IMG/VR virus record: IMGVR_UViG_3300022934_000003 | DNA: 64,000 nt | From: a virus | Strand: one strand, 5' to 3' | Program-made: the position numbers and the translations under genes | Part shown: one piece after another, positions 19,661 through 29,489 of the stretch | Layout: every line of letters begins with the position of its first letter | Position numbering within the stretch: position 1 is the stretch's first letter | Notes under the pieces: model-generated | The model's input: only the letters and a program-made list of their open reading frames with translations | What the model was told of the DNA's origin: nothing | The model's database searches: none

Positions 19661-20247
19661 ACAAATAATCTCATTATTGCTTCTTCATCTGCTTGTCCAG
19701 GAGCTCCGATTTTACCCGCAGCAGCCGTTTCTTCTATTGGTTCATGTATCCATTCAACTTTATCTTTATACTTTTCATATACCTGATAAACTTCATCTAA
19801 TGTCCAACCATGATGTCTAAATGCTTTTTGATTACGAACTATTTTTCTTTCACTTAATTGTCTTGCTCTTATAATTAATTTTCCACCAGGTTTTACTAAA
19901 TCAATCATAATACCAATTTGATTCATAATATTATCAAACTCACCAAAGTTAACTGAGCCTAATGCAATTACACAATCTGCACAACCGGGTTGAAATATAT
20001 TTGATGCTTCTTCGACAGACATTGTTAAATCTGACTCTGGATAATGTGCAACATCTAAACCAATTAAATTTTTTACATGTTCTTTATATGGATTAATACC
20101 ACAACCAACGTCAATAACTAATCCTTCTATTTCTTTTAATTCATCTACTAAATTCATATTAGTTTTTGAATGTGTTAAGAATTTTTCCTTTGTATATGGA
20201 AATTCTTCAAATTGTTGTTTTACTTGTTCTAACAATCGTCTATTCAT
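19639..20247 (-). CDS. class I SAM methyltransferase (paralog family)
   Basis: VIDVGCGINPYK..NLIGLD, VKPGG. Confidence 0.8.
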   Translation of the reverse strand: MNRRLLEQVKQQFEEFPYTKEKFLTHSKTNMNLVDELKEIEGLVIDVGCGINPYKEHVKNLIGLDVAHYPESDLTMSVEEASNIFQPGCADCVIALGSVNFGEFDNIMNQIGIMIDLVKPGGKLIIRARQLSERKIVRNQKAFRHHGWTLDEVYQVYEKYKDKVEWIHEPIEETAAAGKIGAPGQADEEAIMRLFVWRWKRK

Positions 20248-21121
20248 ATTTTTTCCACCACCAATTAAATCTAGGTCTTACACCATCAGGGAATGTAGGA
20301 TCATACCTATCGTCTTTTAATCTTCTGTATCTTTCATTATAACATACATGTCTAATGTGATCATAGGTTTCATATACTTCGGTAGGATCTAGCATTTCTG
20401 AATTATCAGTTTGACGATCTATCCATCTATTCCATTCGTCAACTGTTGTAGTTTCTGGAGTATATCTATCACAATAAGATTCTAATACCTCCCACGGTAC
20501 TTGTTTCATATCAGTAAATTCTGTAATAATATCCTGTTTTAAATCTGGTACAGAAGGATTAGGATCAAGTAATTCTAAATCTAATTCATTTGAGAATTGG
20601 CGAATAGCATCTCTTGTCCAAGGATAATGAATCATACCACGCTGCTGAAATTGTGTTTCATCTGATATTCTACCAGGTCTCGCGTGTGAGCATATTAACC
20701 CGCCTGGCTTTAATACGCGTTTGCATTCTAATATTAATTCTACTATCTCATCTTTTGTTCCAAAATTAAAAGGACCAACAGATCTAATAGCATCTACAGA
20801 ATTATCTTTAAAGCGTGGAAGGATATCCATTACATCACCAACAATATCAGCATTGCCATTATATGGTAATAAATCTATTCCGATTAAATTAGGAATATAT
20901 TGTTTCATCATATTATTACCACAACCAATATCAAGTACTAAACCTGGATTTAGTTTATTAATAACTCTTGCTGCAGTATAACCAGATCCAGTTTTTGCTG
21001 GACTTGTTACACGAATAATCTCTGCCCAATCTTGTGAGAAGTGATCTTTAAGTCTTTCTAATCTCCATTCACGTGGAGATTTACCAACTTCTATAGCGTC
21101 GTATCTTTTTCCCATATCCAA
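20240..21121 (-). CDS. class I SAM methyltransferase (paralog family)
   Basis: VLDIGCGNN, RVLKPGG. Confidence 0.82.
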   Translation of the reverse strand: MDMGKRYDAIEVGKSPREWRLERLKDHFSQDWAEIIRVTSPAKTGSGYTAARVINKLNPGLVLDIGCGNNMMKQYIPNLIGIDLLPYNGNADIVGDVMDILPRFKDNSVDAIRSVGPFNFGTKDEIVELILECKRVLKPGGLICSHARPGRISDETQFQQRGMIHYPWTRDAIRQFSNELDLELLDPNPSVPDLKQDIITEFTDMKQVPWEVLESYCDRYTPETTTVDEWNRWIDRQTDNSEMLDPTEVYETYDHIRHVCYNERYRRLKDDRYDPTFPDGVRPRFNWWWKKYE

Positions 21122-21804
21122 AATAACCTTTCTCTAATTCTGCCATTCACTACTTTATCTTTTATTTCAATATCATTTGGAACTAAACTTAAATCTGTAT
21201 AATCAATAATAGGTTCTTGATAATATTTTAATTTGTGTTCTTTTGTAAAAATGTGGGTTGTTTCAACAAACCAAGGATATAAATTTGCAGGTTTACCAAA
21301 CTCTGGATGATATAATTTTTCGGGATCGTCATCGTAAGGTTTACATAAACATGCTATATAACCACCTGGTTTAGTTAAATATTTTAATTGTTGAATCATT
21401 TTATGTATTGTTACTTCGTCATGATGATGTAATATTCCAATTGCTAATACCCAATCAAATGATTCTTTTTGAAATATATTACAAGCTCCTTCTAAATCTA
21501 TATTAATATCGGGATTACCCCAAGTTCCAGGTTCAATACCAATTAAGTTTTTGATTTTATTCTTAAATGGATTTACACCACATCCAACATCTAATACTAA
21601 AGCATCTTTACCAGAATTATGTCTTATATTTCTTAATAACCATTTTCCAGTATATTTTCTTGTATCATATGTAAATTGACCAATATAATCATCATAGCCA
21701 ACTTCATCTTTTTTATATCTATCTTGCCAGTCTTTTGTTCTTTCTTCTATTGGTTTATTCCACCAATTTGGTAATTCAACTTTGCCAGTAATATCAGTCG
21801 TCAT
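21091..21804 (-). CDS. class I SAM methyltransferase (paralog family)
   Basis: VLDVGCGVNPFK, SFDWV, TKPGG. Confidence 0.82.
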   Translation of the reverse strand: MTTDITGKVELPNWWNKPIEERTKDWQDRYKKDEVGYDDYIGQFTYDTRKYTGKWLLRNIRHNSGKDALVLDVGCGVNPFKNKIKNLIGIEPGTWGNPDINIDLEGACNIFQKESFDWVLAIGILHHHDEVTIHKMIQQLKYLTKPGGYIACLCKPYDDDPEKLYHPEFGKPANLYPWFVETTHIFTKEHKLKYYQEPIIDYTDLSLVPNDIEIKDKVVNGRIRERLFWIWEKDTTL

Positions 21805-22732
21805 AATTTATAGACTCGGTCATTTCATCGTAAAATTGTTTCATATCAATTTCTTTAACGATTTTCATTTTTCTTACATTAAATTTATCTGAGCCTTCAT
21901 TCTCTATAATATCTTTTACTTGGAACTTAGCTTGGAACAATTTATAATCTCCATAAGCACCGCATGATACCCATTCTTTTAGTACCCAATCCATAGAAGC
22001 AACTGCCATTCCAGTATTATGCTTTGGATGTAATGGAACATGTTTACCATCTTGGTTTTCAGCATCAAATGTTTTACCAACTTCGTATGTAATTTTTGGA
22101 TGATAGATTCCTCTACCATCTGCAGCAGTTAATTTATATCCAATGACCCATTCATTTGGTTCCATAAAATCATATTGTAATGCTGCATCATGAAAAAATC
22201 TAGGTGTATTTGTCCAATGAAAAGAAGTATTACGAGTAATCATACCACGCATTCTATTTTTATCAAAGAATGAACCTTGGAAATCTGATTTTCTTGCGTT
22301 TACTTTACGGAAATCATTTGCAATAAATGTAGAATCGGGAGCAATTAAATGTTGTAAATCTGCTCCAATGAAATTACAATCTTGAAGTGTAAGTTCTTTA
22401 GCCCAACATTCTGTCATATAACCTTCACGTAAATTACAATTTATAAATGTTGCACCATCTAATTGACATCTTTTAAAGATCGCAGATCTTAAACCAACTT
22501 TATAGAATGTAGCACCACGTAAATCAGATCCAGTAAAATCACAACCGTCCATTACTAATCCATCAAAGCTTACACCTCTAAAGTCTTGATTTCTAAAATC
22601 ACAATTCTTAAATTTGTATTTACCATCACCGGCTGTTCGGTCATGCTGAGTTGTTGTAAGATTTTCTCCTATTGCAATAATATCAAGTAAATCTTCATCA
22701 TATTTTAATTTTCCATTTCTTGTATAAATCAT
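21794..22732 (-). CDS. pentapeptide-repeat protein with C-terminal domain
   Basis: CDFRN-QDFRG-VSFDG...SDLRG-ATFYK repeats; C-terminal GYK...YEVGK domain. Confidence 0.85.
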   Translation of the reverse strand: MIYTRNGKLKYDEDLLDIIAIGENLTTTQHDRTAGDGKYKFKNCDFRNQDFRGVSFDGLVMDGCDFTGSDLRGATFYKVGLRSAIFKRCQLDGATFINCNLREGYMTECWAKELTLQDCNFIGADLQHLIAPDSTFIANDFRKVNARKSDFQGSFFDKNRMRGMITRNTSFHWTNTPRFFHDAALQYDFMEPNEWVIGYKLTAADGRGIYHPKITYEVGKTFDAENQDGKHVPLHPKHNTGMAVASMDWVLKEWVSCGAYGDYKLFQAKFQVKDIIENEGSDKFNVRKMKIVKEIDMKQFYDEMTESINYDD

Positions 22733-23514
22733 AATACTAACCTTACGTATTTGTTTTCTTCATAATCTTTATCACAGGTAAATCCAGCTGCTGTAAAAGC
22801 ATAAATAAATTTTTTACTCGGTAAACTCCAAACTTCTTTACAAAAATGTAATTTTGCTTGATTTATCACTTCTTCGAGTAATAATTTAGATAATCCCATT
22901 CCTCTATAATTGGGATCTACCCATAATCCTCGTGATCGATAATACATACCAGTAGCATAACCCGAGTTAACTCCAATAAGTTTATTATTATCATATAAAC
23001 CGAAAAAGTCTGGTTCGTCTGTTGCAGGAGGATAATTAGAATCTACATGCACTTTAAAAGAGTCTAAGCCAGGCCATAATTTATTATCCCATATTTCTTT
23101 TATTTCCTTAAAAGAAATTTCTTTTATTTTAAATTCATATCCTAATAATGTAGAAATAGGTGTATTATATTTTGGATTGACGAGCTTAGTTGTTGGTTTG
23201 ATTTGTTTTAATTGACCAAAGTTTTTAATAACTTCTATTGTATTTTCTATATCATTAGAAATAAATTTATCAATCACAAATAAATGTGTTACATTATTAA
23301 CCATATCTAAATGATCAGTACCTATTGCAATTACATCTAATTTATCTGTTTTTATTTGTTCCCAAATAAAATTTCGTACTTTTTCGTCTTTAGGCCAAGT
23401 ATAATCAGCAGTTACTATAATAGATTCTATATTATGAGGAAATATATTTTCTCTATAATAAGTTGCTGCTATATCATTCTTTAAAAAGATTACATTATTA
23501 ATATCAAGTTCCAC
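22729..23514 (-). CDS. GNAT acetyltransferase (C-terminal domain)
   Basis: RGLWVDPNYRGMGLSKLLL. Confidence 0.8.
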   Translation of the reverse strand: MELDINNVIFLKNDIAATYYRENIFPHNIESIIVTADYTWPKDEKVRNFIWEQIKTDKLDVIAIGTDHLDMVNNVTHLFVIDKFISNDIENTIEVIKNFGQLKQIKPTTKLVNPKYNTPISTLLGYEFKIKEISFKEIKEIWDNKLWPGLDSFKVHVDSNYPPATDEPDFFGLYDNNKLIGVNSGYATGMYYRSRGLWVDPNYRGMGLSKLLLEEVINQAKLHFCKEVWSLPSKKFIYAFTAAGFTCDKDYEENKYVRLVL

Positions 23515-24784
23515 GTATAGACATCCCAGTAATTCTATAATTCCAACTTATATCTGTATAAGATGAAAATAGTTTTGCAACATCGTGCATATTATTTTTC
23601 TTCTTTTTATATTTATAGGACAAATAGTGCCATTGTTTTACCAAATCTGGATCTGAAAATAAACTAAACCAAGTATTATCATAATCTTGAGATTCTCCCC
23701 ACAAACGATAAGATGCTATTTCAGTTCTATAAAATGCAAGCATTTTTTCATAAGGATCTTTATCTATCCTATTCCATTTTTCAGTAAAATAGTTTAATAT
23801 AAAATGATATCCAGCATTTTTTTCTACGTTTGAAATAATAGTAGAAGGAGTATTTTGAAAATGACTACTAGTTGCATTAGTAAAAATATTTACTAGATCT
23901 TCTATTTTTGGGTTATTTGTAGATGCTAAATAATTATGAGAGTATTTTACGATATCACCTACAATATATCCTCCTCCTACTTCACCAGACATTGCTATAT
24001 CGCCTTTATCTTTTACTGCATGTCTTTTAACAGAAAATTGGCCGGCATGCCAATGTGTATCTTCGCACCAATAAGTATCTTTCGAAAAATGTCTAGTGTT
24101 ATTAACATTAAGATATTCTATATTCCATCCTATATTCTCGTAATCTTTAGCAGCATTAATATCAATTAAGTTTTTTACATTATCACTATGTACTTTTACT
24201 AAGCGCGGATTAAATCCAAAATGTTTTAAAGCCATTGCAAGAAAAGCAGAATCTTTACCACCGCTAAACGATACTACTGGATCGAGATTATGAATATGAG
24301 AAAATATTCTCTCTAAACATTTTAAAGTTTTATTAGGATCTGGTTCAGAGATAGAATCTTCATTTAATAAATCCATATAACGAGATTGCTTTGTATTAAT
24401 ACAATAATGTTCAGGCATTATTTGTTCAATCTCATTATAGCGAGTTAATTCACCAACAGTAAATTGTTTTATTATATTTTTTTGTTCATGCCAAAGTTTA
24501 CAATCAGTTAATTGATCTGTATCTTTTATTAGATCTCTAAGGTTATCACTAATTTTATTTTTTGTATAGTAAAGATTTGTAGTTGCATAATGATCTACAC
24601 AACCTATCCAATAATCGTTATCGATATAAACATATGCAAATTGACCACGTATATCTTTTGGTGGATCTCTATTTTCTAATTTGTTATAAAGATCTTCGTG
24701 TGAATAATTTGAGTATCCATATATCCATAATTTGTTTTTAAAACAAGTAAATTGTCTCTTTGGATTTTTATTGAGAAATATCAT
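23504..24784 (-). CDS. asparagine-synthase-like PP-loop ATP pyrophosphatase
   Basis: RGQFAY...DHYATTNLYY (degenerate Ntn domain, no Cys1), VSFSGGKDS, MSGE. Confidence 0.7.
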   Translation of the reverse strand: MIFLNKNPKRQFTCFKNKLWIYGYSNYSHEDLYNKLENRDPPKDIRGQFAYVYIDNDYWIGCVDHYATTNLYYTKNKISDNLRDLIKDTDQLTDCKLWHEQKNIIKQFTVGELTRYNEIEQIMPEHYCINTKQSRYMDLLNEDSISEPDPNKTLKCLERIFSHIHNLDPVVSFSGGKDSAFLAMALKHFGFNPRLVKVHSDNVKNLIDINAAKDYENIGWNIEYLNVNNTRHFSKDTYWCEDTHWHAGQFSVKRHAVKDKGDIAMSGEVGGGYIVGDIVKYSHNYLASTNNPKIEDLVNIFTNATSSHFQNTPSTIISNVEKNAGYHFILNYFTEKWNRIDKDPYEKMLAFYRTEIASYRLWGESQDYDNTWFSLFSDPDLVKQWHYLSYKYKKKKNNMHDVAKLFSSYTDISWNYRITGMSIRGT

Positions 24785-24903
24785 TCGTAATATTTACCAG
24801 ACTTTTTCAATTCTTTTTTCTTATCTTTTACAACACGCATACGAAAAAGCGGTGTTCGAACCGCTTGTTTAATTTTATTTTTTATTGATTTAGTCTTTTT
24901 CAT
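24781..24903 (-). CDS. 40-aa basic peptide, ArfA-like
   Basis: Own translation MKKTKSIKNKIKQAVRTPLFRMRVVKDKKKELKKSGKYYE; ATGA overlap with the next gene. Confidence 0.55.
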   Translation of the reverse strand: MKKTKSIKNKIKQAVRTPLFRMRVVKDKKKELKKSGKYYE

Positions 24904-24908
24904 AGTTT

Positions 24909-24937
24909 ATTATATCATACAAAACAAGATATGTCAA
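24909..24937 (-). promoter_or_regulatory. sigma70-like early promoter heading the tailoring-enzyme operon
   Basis: TTGACA-N17-TATAAT. Confidence 0.7.
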
Positions 24938-26674
24938 CTATTTATCAAATACTAAGCTAAAATTTTTAGAAATAAGATGAACAATTGTTACATCTACCTC
25001 TCTCATTATTTGTTCGAACCTTCCTTTTGCAGTTTTAAAAGAAATGGAATTTGTATTAAATTCTGCTTTACTACCATAATATTGTTTAAAGTGGAAAGAT
25101 TCTGGTAATCTATAAATTAATACATCATTTTTTTGACATTTATATGAAAATATAGTTTCATTATCATAACCAAAAGAAGCTCTTATATTTTCTGGATAAA
25201 ATGAATATTCGTCTTCTTTAAGTTCCTTCATTGTTTTAATAATCTCATCTATATTACTAAAATAATCTAATTTATCCATACCATATCTTGATGCACAAAT
25301 AACACCTGTATTATATACATTATTATCTGGTTCTAAATTATCTTCATTTAATAGAGCATGAGCATTCCAATATTTTGCTTGTGGATTTCTAAAATCTTTT
25401 TGATAATGAGTAAAGTACGCCTGAGACTTATCATAAATGTGTAGTTTATGTTTATCATCATATTGACAACAAATAGCATAGTCTACTGGTACAGTATCAA
25501 ATATATCTCTGTGATTTCTAAACCAAACATCATAATCAATGTACATGACATAATCATACTCATAAGTAAGTTTATCAAGCAAATAAATTTTATATAAATT
25601 TATAGCATCATATTCTGATAAATCAGGAAATTTTTTTATAAAATTTTCGTATTTTTCATCCCTTGTAAATCTTAAATAAGTTGCATCAATTGCTTTTGCA
25701 TAATCTTTATGATTTTGAATTAATTCATTTTCATATTTTGCAAATTGTTCTTGTGCTATTTTACTTTTATTTTTTTCATTATCACGATAGCTTGGAGGAG
25801 CATCTAATTTATTATCGTCTATGTGAACATATAATGAAAAAATACATTTTGTTTTCTTATTAAAAAATGCATTGAATTGTTTATTAATATAATGTATACA
25901 ATGAGCATCAACTTTATCAGCAGGTCTATGATCATATATTTTATGCCATTTATCATCAAAAATTACATAAGGTATTTTATACTTTTCTAAAATATATGAA
26001 AAAATAGATTCATTATTTGCAAAATATAAATTTTCAAAAAATCGATTTAAATTTTCTTTTTTAATTTCTTGAATTTTTATAATGGCTTCTTTCATTCTTT
26101 CAATGAAATGAATTTTTTTAATATGCTCAGAGTTAGCTAGCATAATACCAGTATTAATTACATGATTATCTCCACCATCTAATAAATCTTTCGTAATATG
26201 GTATTTGAGAACAGGACTTCTTAAACCAACTTGATCTAAATTAAGAGCTTCTTTATTTTTAGAAACTATATCATAATCTTGATCTTTAATATGAATACCT
26301 TTTGATAAATCGTGCTCATCAAATATATTTAAATCTGTATTAAACACAACATCCATATCAACATACATAACTTCATCATATTCTTCAGCAAGTTGAGCAA
26401 ATAAATGGTGTTTATATAAATTTATTTTAGTAAACTCTAATTCAGTATCTACGTCAAATTCCTTCATTGTATTATGAAAGAATTTAAAATCTACATTAAT
26501 CTTTTTTGCATAGTCTTCTTTATTAGTTACTAATAAATCAAAATAATCTTTTGTAATTAATTCTTTAGCAACGCTAGCGTCTTTTTCAGCAGATAAATCT
26601 ATTTTACGCTTTCCTAAATATTTACGAGAATCAATTTTTATATCATCATATAATGTAAAAATAACTCTTTTCAT
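24938..26674 (-). CDS. tandem two-domain GT-A glycosyltransferase
   Basis: YDEVMYVDMD...NTG...NNESIFSY repeated as YDYVMYIDYD...NTG...DNETIFSY. Confidence 0.75.
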   Translation of the reverse strand: MKRVIFTLYDDIKIDSRKYLGKRKIDLSAEKDASVAKELITKDYFDLLVTNKEDYAKKINVDFKFFHNTMKEFDVDTELEFTKINLYKHHLFAQLAEEYDEVMYVDMDVVFNTDLNIFDEHDLSKGIHIKDQDYDIVSKNKEALNLDQVGLRSPVLKYHITKDLLDGGDNHVINTGIMLANSEHIKKIHFIERMKEAIIKIQEIKKENLNRFFENLYFANNESIFSYILEKYKIPYVIFDDKWHKIYDHRPADKVDAHCIHYINKQFNAFFNKKTKCIFSLYVHIDDNKLDAPPSYRDNEKNKSKIAQEQFAKYENELIQNHKDYAKAIDATYLRFTRDEKYENFIKKFPDLSEYDAINLYKIYLLDKLTYEYDYVMYIDYDVWFRNHRDIFDTVPVDYAICCQYDDKHKLHIYDKSQAYFTHYQKDFRNPQAKYWNAHALLNEDNLEPDNNVYNTGVICASRYGMDKLDYFSNIDEIIKTMKELKEDEYSFYPENIRASFGYDNETIFSYKCQKNDVLIYRLPESFHFKQYYGSKAEFNTNSISFKTAKGRFEQIMREVDVTIVHLISKNFSLVFDK

Positions 26675-27309
26675 CTACCAATTACCATATATCTATTACA
26701 ATTTTCAAGTTCTTTTTCATTTGAATAAAATACATCTATTAAGTTAAATGATTTTATAAACTCTTCAAGAGAATTGTGTGTATTAATATGACTTTGTACA
26801 TCATGATAATTATTACCTTGAAAACATATAATTGTATCTTTTCTTTTTAATGCTAATATTAAATTAAGATCATCTTGTTCCATATGTTCGCAACTTGTAT
26901 TAATAATTACATCAAAGCTTTTAATAGTATCAAACAAATAATCTTCAGCATTATTATGAATGAATTTAGTATTTTCTGATATTAAACCTTTTTGTAATAC
27001 TTCTCCAATTTTTGGAGATTCTGGATCTGAATCAATATTTCTTATTTCTACATTATCGCTTAAGTGTTGATTGAGCATTGCACTAATAAGTCCATACCAA
27101 GAACCTACTATACATATACGTTTAGGATTATCTATAAAAGGTAATAAAGTTTCAACGAGCCACTCTTTACTTTCAATTTGACTTTCTTTAACTGAATTAA
27201 TAATATCAATTGAACGATATAAATCTATATCTGTTTCATATTTAGATAATTCATATAATTCTTTTACTGCTTCTAATGCATTTTTATATAGTTTTTCTTT
27301 ATACGACAT
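26671..27309 (-). CDS. SAM methyltransferase-fold protein
   Basis: IVGSWYG, NIDSD, DVIINTSCEHM; start re-called at MSYKEK. Confidence 0.65.
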   Translation of the reverse strand: MSYKEKLYKNALEAVKELYELSKYETDIDLYRSIDIINSVKESQIESKEWLVETLLPFIDNPKRICIVGSWYGLISAMLNQHLSDNVEIRNIDSDPESPKIGEVLQKGLISENTKFIHNNAEDYLFDTIKSFDVIINTSCEHMEQDDLNLILALKRKDTIICFQGNNYHDVQSHINTHNSLEEFIKSFNLIDVFYSNEKELENCNRYMVIGR

Positions 27310-27898
27310 ATTCAATACCATTATACATATCAATTGGTGTAGGAGCTCCATAAGGATTTGCAACACTGTTTACTATACCATTTTCAAATTTATTTAATTT
27401 AAATTTTTCATGTACTAAAAATCTATCTATGCCTTTATATTTGCGCATAAAATAATCTCTATTCGTCATAAAGTGTTCCCAAATATGATTTTGCTCACCC
27501 GCAATCCAAGTAATTACTGAACTATTTATTTTAACATCATAAGCATGTTTAGCAAACTCTAAATCTTCTTTCCAATAAGCATTAAGTATTGTTAATCCAT
27601 CCCAAGTAATAAATTGAGAAGGATCTTCTTTAATATCCATATCTAAATCAAAGAATAAGCATTTACCTCTTAATGGAAAGTCTTTACTAAATAATGCTAA
27701 TTTATTCCACCAATATTTTAATGACGGTTTTTTATATACTCCAATACAATTAATTTTAACACCCTTAATATCATCTGTATAACAATAATAATTTGCTTCT
27801 GGATAATATTGTATTAATTGCTCATGTAATTTATTTACATGATTTGCTGTATACTTTTTTCCATGTTTAACAAATATAATATTAATTTGTGGTGACAT
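27299..27898 (-). CDS. GT-A glycosyltransferase
   Basis: KHGKKY, CYTDD, WWNKL, LFFDLD, NSSV. Confidence 0.75.
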   Translation of the reverse strand: MSPQINIIFVKHGKKYTANHVNKLHEQLIQYYPEANYYCYTDDIKGVKINCIGVYKKPSLKYWWNKLALFSKDFPLRGKCLFFDLDMDIKEDPSQFITWDGLTILNAYWKEDLEFAKHAYDVKINSSVITWIAGEQNHIWEHFMTNRDYFMRKYKGIDRFLVHEKFKLNKFENGIVNSVANPYGAPTPIDMYNGIEYVV

Positions 27899-28961
27899 TT
27901 ATTTCTTCTCTTAACTGATGTTCTTTTTTAGCACGGTTCGAACATTGTCTTTCACAGGGCCATAAAGGTTTTTCTGATTTAAAACTTTCTGGTAAAGTTT
28001 TAGTAAACCATTTTCCATCTACAATTTCTTTGAGAGTATGATTAAAAATATTATAATCTTCTTTATTATCTGTATAATCTTTCCAATGAGGAGAATTAAT
28101 CCAATCCGTATTATCTTTATAATTTGATTTAAAATATCCGTTGTCTATATAACAACAAGGTACTACTTGTCCAAGTGGATTTATAATAATATCATTTCTT
28201 GGTAAAGCCCAACGGCATTTTATTTGATTATCTAATACAAGTTGATTTGGTTTAGCACCTGGAATAAAAGGATTTGTTAAACAATCTCTATTTGCTGGCT
28301 CTAATACTTCTTTTTCGCCATTTTCATTTATAAAAGGATAATTACCATTTTCATCTATTTCACTTCTATCAAATCTATCTGAAATAACATTTGTATGAAA
28401 TTTTGAACCATTTTTAATACATAATTCTTTTATTTCATCTAAATAATCTTGATTGTGCTTAAATACGACAGTTTGAGTTTTTGCATTTGCATATGTAGAT
28501 GCAAATGTTTTCATATTATTTAATACTTTATTTAAATCTGTAAATCTACGATATTTAGAATGCATCTCTTGATTAATTCCATCAACATCAAATCTTACAT
28601 TTAGTCGTCGTCCTCCCATTATACCAAAATTCCACCACCATTCTTCATCTCTAATAGATCCATTTGTTTCTATTTGTACTGTTACAAACTTTGAACTGTT
28701 TAAAATATATTCTACTATTTCAAATATATCTTTCATCATAATAGAGTCTCCCCACGACCCTACAAATTTAAAATCCTTAACTTTTTTTACATCTTCTGGA
28801 GAGAAAGCTTTTTTGAAATCATCGAGAGACCATTGAACAAGAGGCAGCCATTCTTTTTTCTGCAAATTATTTTTAGAGTTTGTTCTATGACATTGAGGAC
28901 AACCCGCATTACAAAACGTACACAGGTCTAAAGTGACTTTTAAATTATCAGTATCCCACAT
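27882..28961 (-). CDS. radical SAM protein with SPASM/twitch domain
   Basis: CNAGCPQC, ETNG, DG, C-terminal C...G.VVPCC...C...C. Confidence 0.88.
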   Translation of the reverse strand: MWDTDNLKVTLDLCTFCNAGCPQCHRTNSKNNLQKKEWLPLVQWSLDDFKKAFSPEDVKKVKDFKFVGSWGDSIMMKDIFEIVEYILNSSKFVTVQIETNGSIRDEEWWWNFGIMGGRRLNVRFDVDGINQEMHSKYRRFTDLNKVLNNMKTFASTYANAKTQTVVFKHNQDYLDEIKELCIKNGSKFHTNVISDRFDRSEIDENGNYPFINENGEKEVLEPANRDCLTNPFIPGAKPNQLVLDNQIKCRWALPRNDIIINPLGQVVPCCYIDNGYFKSNYKDNTDWINSPHWKDYTDNKEDYNIFNHTLKEIVDGKWFTKTLPESFKSEKPLWPCERQCSNRAKKEHQLREEINVTTN

Positions 28962-28976
28962 AATATAAAAATTTAA

Positions 28977-29477
28977 TTAATTGGTAATTAGAGACAGTGC
29001 TTCTACAACTGATTGAGCTTTACGAACTTTTCCTTTTAATTCTGCATCAGCATCTTTCATATAATCGCTTTCTAAAGCCCATAATTTAAATTTAAATAAG
29101 TAGTCTTTATCTACATTATTTTGTAATATACTTTCAAAAATATCATTGTCAGATGAAAGCATTCTCATCTTTTGCTCATGTATCGCATCTTTTTCATAAT
29201 TTTGATAAAGACCTTGCTCAATTAACTGTTTTGCTGCAGCAGCAACTTCTATATTGTGTGCTTCTGAATGCATTCTTTTATATTCTGCTGTTGAGTCTTG
29301 TAGTTTTTCTTCATCCCAACCTTCTTCAAGTAATGCTTTATAATTTAGATTATTTTCATCAACTTCCACATAAAAAGGAAGAAGAGTTTTTCCATCATCA
29401 GACCAATCTATTCTAATGTTTGTTTGATCCGGATTTATATAATATGCATTTATAATTTTACCACTAAATTCTGCCAT
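28977..29477 (-). CDS. hypothetical protein
   Basis: 166 aa, AGGAG RBS. Confidence 0.6.
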   Translation of the reverse strand: MAEFSGKIINAYYINPDQTNIRIDWSDDGKTLLPFYVEVDENNLNYKALLEEGWDEEKLQDSTAEYKRMHSEAHNIEVAAAAKQLIEQGLYQNYEKDAIHEQKMRMLSSDNDIFESILQNNVDKDYLFKFKLWALESDYMKDADAELKGKVRKAQSVVEALSLITN

Positions 29478-29489
29478 TTTCTTCTCCTA

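Noticed and set aside
23504-24903. Lasso peptide biosynthetic cluster
   Set aside because: No B1/B2 protease or RRE gene is visible and the peptide lacks a lasso-type core
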